A stretch of 29,921 nt of DNA, taken from contig JAZGDW010000044.1 of assembly GCA_036478295.1 (NCBI GenBank), forward strand, positions 1 to 29,921, written 5' to 3'. Source of the stretch: Candidatus Krumholzibacteriia bacterium. Its GTDB lineage: Bacteria; Krumholzibacteriota; Krumholzibacteriia; WVZY01. Of this stretch, positions 8,368 to 16,705 are shown piece after piece. The number at the start of each line of letters is the position of its first letter. Positions within the stretch are counted from its first letter, which is position 1. The notes beneath the pieces are model-generated. The model searched no databases and was not told the origin of the DNA. It was given only the letters and a program-made list of their open reading frames with translations. The position numbers were made by a program, and so were the translations under genes.

Positions 8368-9045
8368 TTGAAACGTCCCATATTGAGTCAATCGATGCGA
8401 AACTATCTCAAGGTTATTTACGAGATTCTTGAGAAGCAGAATCGTGCGACGACGTCCGCTATCGCTGAGCGGATGGGATTGTCATCGCCGTCAGTGACTT
8501 CAATGATCAAACGACTGGCCGAACTCAATCTCGTGCGGCACAAACCCTACCAGGGCGTGAATCTCACGCGAAAGGGCGAGCGTACTGCAGTGGAGATCAT
8601 CCGCCATCACCGCCTGATCGAACTCTATCTGGCGGATTCTCTCGGGGTCCCTTGGGATCAGGTCCACGACGAGGCCGAGAAACTCCAGCACGCCATATCA
8701 GAGGATCTCGAGGGCCGTATGGCTGCAGCGCTCGGTAATCCCAGTGTTGATCCGCATGGGGCGCCGATCCCCGCGCGTGATGGCTCGGTCGTTCGTGTCG
8801 AGGGTGTTTCACTTTTCGAGATCGAACCGGGTGAATCAGTGATCGTGCTCGAAGTCGGTGACCGGAATCCGGAGTTGCTACGCCATCTCGGTAATTTGCA
8901 CCTCTACCCAGGTACCGAGATCGACGTCGTTCGTGTGGAGCCCTTTGGCGGTCCGTTGGTTATCCGCGCTGACGGGCGGGAGTTCATTCTGGGTCGTGCG
9001 GCGGCGGGGGAGATCCTTGTGTCGCGTTCCCGGGAACGGGGGTAA
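8368..9045 (+). CDS. DtxR/MntR-family metal-dependent regulator with C-terminal FeoA (SH3) domain
   Basis: YLKVIYE winged HTH, HRLIE, HDEAEKLQH, DPHGAPIP, LYPGTEI..PFGGP FeoA-like tail; TTG start behind GAGG. Confidence 0.9.
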   Translation: MKRPILSQSMRNYLKVIYEILEKQNRATTSAIAERMGLSSPSVTSMIKRLAELNLVRHKPYQGVNLTRKGERTAVEIIRHHRLIELYLADSLGVPWDQVHDEAEKLQHAISEDLEGRMAAALGNPSVDPHGAPIPARDGSVVRVEGVSLFEIEPGESVIVLEVGDRNPELLRHLGNLHLYPGTEIDVVRVEPFGGPLVIRADGREFILGRAAAGEILVSRSRERG

Positions 9046-9050
9046 TCGAT

Positions 9051-10085
9051 ATGGGTTCGCCGATCTCGATCATTATCTCGCTCGTCTTTCTGGTGGGAGC
9101 GGCCGTCGGCCTGTGGTGGCCGGGGATAGGCTTGTTGGTCCGCGGCACCGCGCGAGCCACGCGAGAACGGATCCTCACCGAGGACGCGCTCAAACACATC
9201 TACGACGGTGAATACCGCGGGCACACCGTGCCTATCACGAGTGTCGCGGGCGCGCTGGAGGTCTCGGTAACGCGTGCGGTCGAACTTGTTGATCGTATGC
9301 AGGCGGTGGGACTCGTCTCGCTCCGCGACGGACGACTGCTTTTGACCGAAGAAGGCAACCGTTATGCGCTGCAGGTCATTCGTGCGCACCGCCTTTGGGA
9401 GCGCTACCTGGCAGACGAAACCGGTATCGCTTCGACGGAGTGGCACGCCAAGGCAGAGCGACGGGAGCATACGATGACGCCCGTCGAGATTGACGAGTTG
9501 GCAAGCAAACTGGGTCACCCGAGGTTCGATCCGCACGGTGACCCGATTCCCACGGCCGACGGCACGATACAGGAGATTCCAGTCTTGGCGCTCTCCGATC
9601 TCGAAGTCGGTGATCGCGCCCAGGTTGTTCACATCGAGGACGAGCCGGAGATTCTCTACGCGCAGCTCGTCGCCATGGGCGTGTATGTCGGTATGGTTGT
9701 GCACGTCCAAGCCAAAACCGACAAACGTATGATACTTGATGCCGACGAGCGCGCCCTGGTGATCGCGCCGTTACTCGCCGCAAATATTTCGATCCAGCCG
9801 TTAGAGGTCATCGAGGCGCCGGAGCACGAGGGCCCAGAACGTACGCTCGCCGAACTCGGGGCCGGAGAGGTTGCGGTGGTCGACCGGATCAGCCCGGCGT
9901 GCCGGGGAATCGAGCGTCGAAGGCTGATGGATCTCGGGATCGTACCGGGAACACGTGTTGTGTTCGAGCGGAGAGGTATGACCGGAGGGCTCTCGGCATA
10001 CCGCGTCCGGGGCGCCTTGATAGCGATCCGTGAAGAACAGGCCGCCGTGATTTACATTCACCGCATCAACGAGGTGGCGCAATGA
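9051..10085 (+). CDS. DtxR-family protein with N-terminal TM helix and two FeoA domains
   Basis: Hydrophobic N-terminus, EDALKHI, HRLWERYL, WHAKAERREH, DPHGDPIP, then two FeoA-like repeats (LVAMGVYVG; RRLMDLGIVPG). Confidence 0.85.
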   Translation: MGSPISIIISLVFLVGAAVGLWWPGIGLLVRGTARATRERILTEDALKHIYDGEYRGHTVPITSVAGALEVSVTRAVELVDRMQAVGLVSLRDGRLLLTEEGNRYALQVIRAHRLWERYLADETGIASTEWHAKAERREHTMTPVEIDELASKLGHPRFDPHGDPIPTADGTIQEIPVLALSDLEVGDRAQVVHIEDEPEILYAQLVAMGVYVGMVVHVQAKTDKRMILDADERALVIAPLLAANISIQPLEVIEAPEHEGPERTLAELGAGEVAVVDRISPACRGIERRRLMDLGIVPGTRVVFERRGMTGGLSAYRVRGALIAIREEQAAVIYIHRINEVAQ

Positions 10086-12325
10086 GTGAGCGCACTCCAC
10101 AAGCCTGCGAGACGTGTCCCGCCCACCATGCCGGCAACCTGATCAAGCTCGGCGTGAATATGAAGCGGTTCGATTACGTGGTCGCGCTCGCCGGCAACCC
10201 GAACACGGGCAAAAGCACCGTGTTCAACGCCATCACCGGCCTGCGCCAGCATACCGGTAACTGGCCAGGCAAGACAGTCGCGCGCGCCGAAGGAGGGTTC
10301 GGGCTTGGCGACGCGCGGTACAAACTGGTCGATCTGCCGGGCACCTACTCGCTCATGACGACGACGGTCGATGAGGAGATCGCACGAAACTTTATCCTGT
10401 TTGCGCGACCGGACGTCACGGTGGTCGTGGTGGATGCCAACCACCTCGAACGCAACCTGAACGTGGTCCTACAAGTTCTTGAGATTACCGACCGAGCTGT
10501 TGTCTGTCTCAACCTGGTCGACGAAGCGAAGCGCCACGGACGACGCATCGACCATCGAAGGCTCGCGCGGGACCTCGGCGTGCCCGTCATACCAACCGTC
10601 GCAAATAAACGCGAAGGAATCGATGCGCTCCTGGATGCCATTGTACAAGTGGCCTCTGGCGAGACCGTGTGCGAGCCGCGACGCATCAAACGACGGGATG
10701 TCGGGGCAGAGCGTGTGGTGAGCGAGCTTGCGGAGGAGATCGAGAACTGGCTTCCGGGACTATCCAACGCACGTTGGGTGGCGCTTCGCCTTCTCGACGG
10801 TGACCGGCGCCTCGAAGAGGCGCTTCGGAGCGGCGAACTAATCGATCTTAGCCGCCAGGCCGCTTCGGCAGAAACGATGGCCGGCGCGGGTTCGACCGCG
10901 TTGCCCGATTCCGCGGCGGCCGGGATTCTCGCACACTCACGCACGCTGCGGTGGGAACTCGGTGTCGGGTTTCACGACACGATCACGGAGAATCTCTACA
11001 CAGAGGCGGCGCGGATCGCCGAGCGTGCGACACTGATCGACGACGAGAAACCTCGATTCGACCTCGACCGGTTTATCGACGACGTTGTGACGAGCCGATG
11101 GTTAGGCTTTCCGTTCATGTTATTGCTTCTGACAGGTGTCTTCTGGGTAACGATCGCCGGCGCTAACGTGCCTTCGGCACTGCTGTCGACGCTTCTGATC
11201 GACAAAGTCCATCCAGTGCTTCTGTCGCTCGGCGAGACACTCCGTTTTCCATGGTGGCTTTCAGGGTTCTTGTTCGATGGTGCCTACCTGGCCACCGCGT
11301 GGGTCATAGCGGTCATGCTTCCACCGATGGCAATTTTTTTCCCGCTGTTTACGCTGCTCGAAGATTTGGGCTACCTTGCTCGCGTCTCGTTCAATCTCGA
11401 CGGCATGTTCAAGCGCGCGGGCGCGCACGGCAAGCAAGCGCTGACAATGAGTATGGGGTTTGGGTGCAATGCGGCTGGTGTCGTTGCGACTCGGATTATC
11501 GACAGCCGCCGTGAACGGTTGATCGCGATCATCACGAACAACTTTGCGCTTTGCAACGGACGATGGCCGACCCAGATTCTGATTGCCACGATTTTTATCG
11601 GTGGCGTTGTTCCGGCGCATCTCGCCGGCCTGGCCTCCGCCTCAGCTGTAGTTGGCGTTGCGGTGCTTGGTGTCGCAATGACGGTCGGAGTCTCATGGTT
11701 CTTGTCGAGGACGATGCTCAGAGGGGAGCCGTCATCTTTCAGCCTCGAGTTACCACCGTATCGCAAGCCACGGTTCTGGCACACGCTGTATACATCTCTT
11801 ATCGATCGCACGATCTTTGTGCTCTGGAGAGCGATTGTATTTGCCGTGCCAGCAGGGGCGGTGATCTGGCTTTCGTCTAATATCGATGTTGGCAGCGCGA
11901 GCATCGCCGAACATCTCGTTGGTTGGCTCGACCCGGTTGGGTTGATCCTCGGGCTCAACGGCGTGATTCTGCTGGCCTACATCGTGGCGATCCCCGCGAA
12001 TGAGATTGTCATCCCAACGATTCTGATGCTCACCGTAACAACCGCCGGGGTCGCTGGGCTTGGCGAGGGGACCGGCGTGATGTTCGAGCTGGAATCGGTC
12101 ACCGGTACGAGCTCCATCCTGGCACTAGGGGGTTGGACACTGTTGACAGGCGTCAACCTTATGCTTTTTAGCTTGTTGCACAACCCCTGTACGACCACGA
12201 TATACACGATCTGGAAAGAAACCCATTCCAGGCGCTGGACGACAGTCGCGACGATGCTACCGCTGGTGATCGGGATCGGCGTCTGTCTCCTGGTCGCGCA
12301 GGTGTGGCACCTCTTTGCCGGTTAG
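10082..12325 (+). CDS. feoB: Ferrous iron (or Mn) transport protein B
   Basis: G1 GNPNTGKS, G2 NWPGKT, G3 DLPG, G4 NLVD; EDLGYLAR, GFGCNA, ELPPYRKP, PC motifs; ATGA overlap with the upstream gene. Confidence 0.95.
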   Translation: MSERTPQACETCPAHHAGNLIKLGVNMKRFDYVVALAGNPNTGKSTVFNAITGLRQHTGNWPGKTVARAEGGFGLGDARYKLVDLPGTYSLMTTTVDEEIARNFILFARPDVTVVVVDANHLERNLNVVLQVLEITDRAVVCLNLVDEAKRHGRRIDHRRLARDLGVPVIPTVANKREGIDALLDAIVQVASGETVCEPRRIKRRDVGAERVVSELAEEIENWLPGLSNARWVALRLLDGDRRLEEALRSGELIDLSRQAASAETMAGAGSTALPDSAAAGILAHSRTLRWELGVGFHDTITENLYTEAARIAERATLIDDEKPRFDLDRFIDDVVTSRWLGFPFMLLLLTGVFWVTIAGANVPSALLSTLLIDKVHPVLLSLGETLRFPWWLSGFLFDGAYLATAWVIAVMLPPMAIFFPLFTLLEDLGYLARVSFNLDGMFKRAGAHGKQALTMSMGFGCNAAGVVATRIIDSRRERLIAIITNNFALCNGRWPTQILIATIFIGGVVPAHLAGLASASAVVGVAVLGVAMTVGVSWFLSRTMLRGEPSSFSLELPPYRKPRFWHTLYTSLIDRTIFVLWRAIVFAVPAGAVIWLSSNIDVGSASIAEHLVGWLDPVGLILGLNGVILLAYIVAIPANEIVIPTILMLTVTTAGVAGLGEGTGVMFELESVTGTSSILALGGWTLLTGVNLMLFSLLHNPCTTTIYTIWKETHSRRWTTVATMLPLVIGIGVCLLVAQVWHLFAG

Positions 12326-12344
12326 AGGGTGTTGGCGCGGGGTG

Positions 12345-12710
12345 TTACCGGGCGACTGTCACCGTAAGCGTGTCGTCGGTTTTGGTTGAGCCGTTGCGGT
12401 ACCGGAGTTCCACCTGGGTTGGGTTGTGGCGGTCGGCGTTTTGCCAGTAGTCGAACCCGAGGTCCTTCCAATACGCCAGCATCGGGAACGAGTCGCGCAC
12501 GGGGGCGAGCGTAACCATAATGAGGTTGCTCGCCTCTTTATCCACGGAGAGGGCGACGAAAATGCTCTTTCCAATAACCCAGACCGAATCCGAGTTGGCA
12601 ACCACGGACGGCTGACCTCCCGCTGGGGGCGCCTCGATAGAGACCGTGCCTTCCTCGGTGCAGCCCCAGGCGAGGGCCAGCACGAACAGCCAAACAAAGA
12701 GCCTCTTCAT
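12345..12710 (-). CDS. Hypothetical lipoprotein
   Basis: Signal peptide MKRLFVWLFVLALAWG-C with lipobox; RBS AAGGAG. Confidence 0.7.
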   Translation of the reverse strand: MKRLFVWLFVLALAWGCTEEGTVSIEAPPAGGQPSVVANSDSVWVIGKSIFVALSVDKEASNLIMVTLAPVRDSFPMLAYWKDLGFDYWQNADRHNPTQVELRYRNGSTKTDDTLTVTVAR

Positions 12711-12913
12711 GGTTGTCTCCTTCCGCGCGCCCGTTGGTTGGCGCCTCGTGCGTGATCTCCTGTGCTTTCGTCACCCTGCCAGGCATTATTCGAGCCGGGC
12801 AATCCAGGAGAGCACGTTTTAAGGAGGGGGGTCTGCTTCGCTCCCAGGATAATGCAAAACCTCACGAATGGAAAGCCAAACTGTCACAGAGGCCAGGGTT
12901 CCGATGTCCCAAT

Positions 12914-15415
12914 CTAACCGCGGTCTCCACCGGCCGAGGTGCTGGCGGGCCTCAGGGGAGCCAGGATCAAAGCCAGCATAGCGATCAGATAGACGAGGGC
13001 GGCCCCGTATGCGACGTCCGTGAGACCGACGAACATGGCGATCAGAATAGAAGCAATCGAGCCAAGAACCGTGGCGCAGGCGTTGACGCACCAGGCCCAC
13101 GGGATGAGCTCGGTATCGATGCGTTCGACCATGCGAATACCGGTGGGGAAGGGCATGCCCATCGCCAGGCCGACGGGCATCAACGCGAAGACGGCCAGCA
13201 CACAGCGCGTGAGGTGACTCAACTCCATAAGGTTCGGCACCACGTGGTTGAGAAACCACATCGTGGCAATAACGGTGACGACGAGAACGAGCAGCGCCCC
13301 CGCACCTCCGAGTCGGAGCCTATTGCGCGTCAGACGCCCGGCCAGGAGGCTGCCCGTACCGCAGAACACCAGCAGGCTGAACAGGGTCACGGCCATGGAA
13401 TAAACCGGCCCCCCCAGAAATACCGCCAGTTTCTGCAGCAGCATGATCTCGATGCCGATAAACGCCAGACCAATGCAGGCGAAATAAACAAAGCCGTGCA
13501 CGGTCCCCTTCTTGCCGCGGAGCCCGGCCGCCTTGCTACGCATCGGCAGCAGGATGAACAGACCTCCGAGGATGACAATCTGCACCAGGCACGCGAGAAG
13601 GACAAAGAGGCCCAGGGGCAGGCGCGTAATCGGGTATCCGCCGGCCGTCGGCTGAGACTTGAAGAGATTCCCGAGCCGGTAAAAGTTGAAGAAAAAAGGC
13701 GCGTCGTCGACGGAGGGAGTGATGTTATAAAAGTAGCCCTGAATGTATTCCCTGAGGCCGTCGTCATCGGCGCGCAGGGCGCTGTCGAACTGCTGCGCGC
13801 ACATGATCGGGTCGAACTCGGGGGTCTTTTCCAGCGCGTCGTACTGGCCCCCGGCCACGTAGGGCAGTAGCGGGTTGTAAATCATTTCGAAATGGAGCCT
13901 GTCCGCCCAACGCTGCAGCGAGTCCACCTCGGCGGGTGTGAACGGCTGCCTCTTGATGAGTGTCTCGGCCCACGGGGGGTCGTACCCCCTGTGGCCGGCG
14001 ATGACGAGGATATTCCGCCCCGGGTTCCGGGTCCCGAGCCGCTCCAGGGCGATACGCGCGGTAACGACGAGGCGCAGGGTCTCGCGAGGCGGTGTGAACA
14101 ACCAGCGTGAGAAAGAAAGAACACCGTCTTCGCTCAGGTGCCCGAGGAAATCGGAAATCGCTTCGCGCGTGTAGAGGTAGTTCTCCGAGAGCGCGTAGGC
14201 ACCGGACGCGAGGGCGCTGAACGTGTCCACCCCGCTCAGCTGGATGACGTCGAATTTCTGATCCGTCGCCGTAAGAAAATGCCGGCCCTCCGCACAGATT
14301 ACCTCGACGTCCGGACGGCGATACAATCCGCCGGCGAAATCGTTGTAACGATTTTGCACAAAGTCGATCATCCACGGGTTAATGTCCACCGCTGTCACGT
14401 GGCTGCTGCCGTGGGCAAGGGCGATGGCCACGTCCACGCCGCCGCCGGGGCCGATGACCAGCACGTTCCCGCCGGGCCGGATCACGTAGGGGCATCCCTG
14501 CAGGTAGTGATTAAGAATACGCATGTCCTTCGGGTCCCGGTCCTGCAACTTGATAATACCGGTCGGGGCGATACCATCCTGGAACACCTGCCGGAAAACC
14601 AGCGGTGGCTCGGGCGCCTGATAGATGCGCGACAACTGGCCGCCGAACTGCGGATAGCCGGCCAGCGGCTCGGTCACATCGATGCGGGCCACGACGTGCC
14701 AGCGGTGCTCGGTGTCATAATGAGCGGCCGGTTTGGAATGCGGAAACGGAACCCGGATGAGACCGTCATCGAAGACGCTCCCTAGTGCCAGACCCGCCGC
14801 CACGGCGGCTGTCAGCGGATAGCGCCAGCGGATCCTTCCCCCGGTGCGGCCTCCGACCAGCATAGCGACCACGCACCCGGAGAGGGCCACCGAGAAAACG
14901 GTAGTGGGGATCCCCAGATAATTGATGGCGAAAAGAGAGCCCAGGCTGCCGAGACCGGCTCCCACGAGGTCAAAGAAGTAGAGCCGGTTAATTTGATCGC
15001 CGCTCTTGGTGATGAGGTAGCCAATGCCGAGTCCCGCAAAGAGGAAGGGCACCGAGGCCAGCACCAGGAGCAACAGGATACGGAAAATCTGTGAGTAGTC
15101 CCGCGACCGATAGAGCGCCATCGCGTCGACGCCGGTCCGCGTGATAAGCAGGAAGCAGAGCAAGACCAGAAGGCCGAACAACCACGCGCAATCGGCCAGC
15201 AGAACGGGATTGATGGTGTTGCCGGCAAAACGGCGGTTCACTGTCAGTACGGTCCCGGCGGCACCGAAGCCCAAAAGCGCAAGCCCTATGATGAGATAGG
15301 TGAAGTGGTGGTAGGTCATGACGGAGAAGACCCGCGTCAGGGCCACCTCGAGCACCAACACGTTCATTGCCAGAAGGAGGATCGCTGCGCCGGAGAAACG
15401 CGGCATGGGTTGCAT
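12914..15415 (-). CDS. Membrane-embedded spermidine-synthase-like SAM-dependent transferase
   Basis: N- and C-terminal multi-TM blocks flanking a Rossmann domain (VLVIGPGGGVDV, VDINP, EGRHF, FDVIQ, ENYLYT). Confidence 0.85.
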   Translation of the reverse strand: MQPMPRFSGAAILLLAMNVLVLEVALTRVFSVMTYHHFTYLIIGLALLGFGAAGTVLTVNRRFAGNTINPVLLADCAWLFGLLVLLCFLLITRTGVDAMALYRSRDYSQIFRILLLLVLASVPFLFAGLGIGYLITKSGDQINRLYFFDLVGAGLGSLGSLFAINYLGIPTTVFSVALSGCVVAMLVGGRTGGRIRWRYPLTAAVAAGLALGSVFDDGLIRVPFPHSKPAAHYDTEHRWHVVARIDVTEPLAGYPQFGGQLSRIYQAPEPPLVFRQVFQDGIAPTGIIKLQDRDPKDMRILNHYLQGCPYVIRPGGNVLVIGPGGGVDVAIALAHGSSHVTAVDINPWMIDFVQNRYNDFAGGLYRRPDVEVICAEGRHFLTATDQKFDVIQLSGVDTFSALASGAYALSENYLYTREAISDFLGHLSEDGVLSFSRWLFTPPRETLRLVVTARIALERLGTRNPGRNILVIAGHRGYDPPWAETLIKRQPFTPAEVDSLQRWADRLHFEMIYNPLLPYVAGGQYDALEKTPEFDPIMCAQQFDSALRADDDGLREYIQGYFYNITPSVDDAPFFFNFYRLGNLFKSQPTAGGYPITRLPLGLFVLLACLVQIVILGGLFILLPMRSKAAGLRGKKGTVHGFVYFACIGLAFIGIEIMLLQKLAVFLGGPVYSMAVTLFSLLVFCGTGSLLAGRLTRNRLRLGGAGALLVLVVTVIATMWFLNHVVPNLMELSHLTRCVLAVFALMPVGLAMGMPFPTGIRMVERIDTELIPWAWCVNACATVLGSIASILIAMFVGLTDVAYGAALVYLIAMLALILAPLRPASTSAGGDRG

Positions 15416-15498
15416 GCGGGGAGTATTCCTTTACTCAGTGCCTTGCCACTCTCTTGTGACTGCGGGCTGGTCGCGTGACATTATAACGTGAAAGGGAA

Positions 15499-15512
15499 TT
15501 GACTTCTATCAA
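15499..15512. promoter_or_regulatory. FNR/CRP-family-like box
   Basis: TTGAC-TTCT-ATCAA, one mismatch to TTGAT-N4-ATCAA, in the divergent intergenic region. Confidence 0.5.
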
Positions 15513-15536
15513 GTTTCCACGCCGGGCAATTTATGC

Positions 15537-15590
15537 TATAAGAGCTATTCACCGCATAAGAGCTTATGACCGTATAAGAGCTTATAACGC
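15537..15590. repeat. Three tandem 18-bp repeats, each with a 14-bp palindrome
   Basis: TATAAGAGCTATTCACCG / CATAAGAGCTTATGACCG / TATAAGAGCTTATAACGC. Confidence 0.9.
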
Positions 15591-15610
15591 GCGTTAACCC
15601 GCGAGTGACC

Positions 15611-16483
15611 ATGAAATACGGCAATCGACCTATCGGAATCTTTGACCTCACGAACGAGTGTCCGCTTCGGTGCAAGCACTGCTACTACTATACGAATGTA
15701 TCCCGACTTCCGCGCGAACTCGATGACCACGTATTTCTAACGAGGCTCAAGAAAACAAGAGACCAGTACAACATTCGTTCGGCTTTCTGGATTGGTGGGG
15801 AGCCACTGGTCAAACCGGAGCTTCTGCGACGGGCCTTGGAGTTTTTTCCACGGAACGCCGTGGCGACCTCCGGTGCGGTTTCGATTCCGACGGACCTCGA
15901 TGCGGGTCTCCTGGTTTCTATCGACGGTCCCGAGGAGGCGCACGATGCGCTGCGCGGTGAAGGCGCTTTCGCCACGGCCATGGCGAACATCGCCCCTCTT
16001 CGGCCGAGGTCGTTCGCTCTCGCTACAACAATCACTGCGGCTACGGTGGATTATATCGGCGCGCTTCCCGAGCTCGTGACTGCTACGCGTGCCCAGGGGG
16101 TTCTGGTTGGATTTCATGTCGGCCGGCCTGATGACCCTTCGCGCGTCGACGACGAACGCCGCGACGAAGCCGTCGATCAATTGCTCGAAATACATCGTGC
16201 CCACCCCGGCGCCATGCTGCAAACACGGGAAGCCATCGAGCTGCTGCGGCCACGCCACAGCGCCCGGCTCGCGAAGAAATGTATTTACCGGGACACGGCC
16301 ATTGCGTTCGACGTTCGTCTTGGCGTCAAGAGGCCCTGCACCTTCGCCGGCAATGCGGACTGTGACGCCTGCGGCTGTCCCATTGTTGCCACGCACGCGG
16401 CGTGGCGAGGTGACGATGTGGAGAGCGGTGTGTTGTTGCATGTCCTTTTTCCAAAACGGCAAGCCCTGGCAAGCGGTGCGTGA
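15611..16483 (+). CDS. Radical SAM protein with Cys-rich (SPASM/twitch-like) C-terminus
   Basis: CPLRCKHC (CX3CX2C), GGEP, SIDG..EAHD.LRG.G.F; C-terminal C...C...CDACGC. Confidence 0.9.
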   Translation: MKYGNRPIGIFDLTNECPLRCKHCYYYTNVSRLPRELDDHVFLTRLKKTRDQYNIRSAFWIGGEPLVKPELLRRALEFFPRNAVATSGAVSIPTDLDAGLLVSIDGPEEAHDALRGEGAFATAMANIAPLRPRSFALATTITAATVDYIGALPELVTATRAQGVLVGFHVGRPDDPSRVDDERRDEAVDQLLEIHRAHPGAMLQTREAIELLRPRHSARLAKKCIYRDTAIAFDVRLGVKRPCTFAGNADCDACGCPIVATHAAWRGDDVESGVLLHVLFPKRQALASGA

Positions 16484-16586
16484 GTCGGGGTGGCGGCACG
16501 TGAGCGATCTCGCGGTCCAGTCGCAGACCCACCGAAAAATCCGCTCCCCGCGCTCGCATCGAGCGCGCAAACCCATCGTATCCATA

Positions 16587-16615
16587 TTGACCCGAGTGAC
16601 GCATTGATCTACAAT
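16587..16615 (+). promoter_or_regulatory. sigma70-type promoter
   Basis: TTGACC-N17-TACAAT about 90 bp upstream of the lipoprotein gene. Confidence 0.65.
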
Positions 16616-16705
16616 TGACGCCTACTCCCGCTTCGAGGACGAACCCGTTGCTGCCAGGAGAGAGCCAAGCAGGACAGCTCTTCGCTTTACCGGGGGCGGA
16701 GCGCC

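Noticed and set aside
12713..13870. 385-aa plus-strand ORF and other long alternative-frame ORFs (5348-5956, 7371-8162, 8904-9710, 15737-16585, 29275-29910)
   Set aside because: They overlap well-supported genes, have no motifs, and show the composition typical of shadow ORFs in GC-rich DNA.
15537..15590. Possible mini CRISPR array
   Set aside because: The repeats are contiguous 18-mers with no unique spacers, and no cas genes are present.
16549..16567. Hairpin CGCGCTCG-CAT-CGAGCGCG after the radical SAM gene
   Set aside because: Strong stem but no U-tract on the coding strand, so not supportable as an intrinsic terminator.
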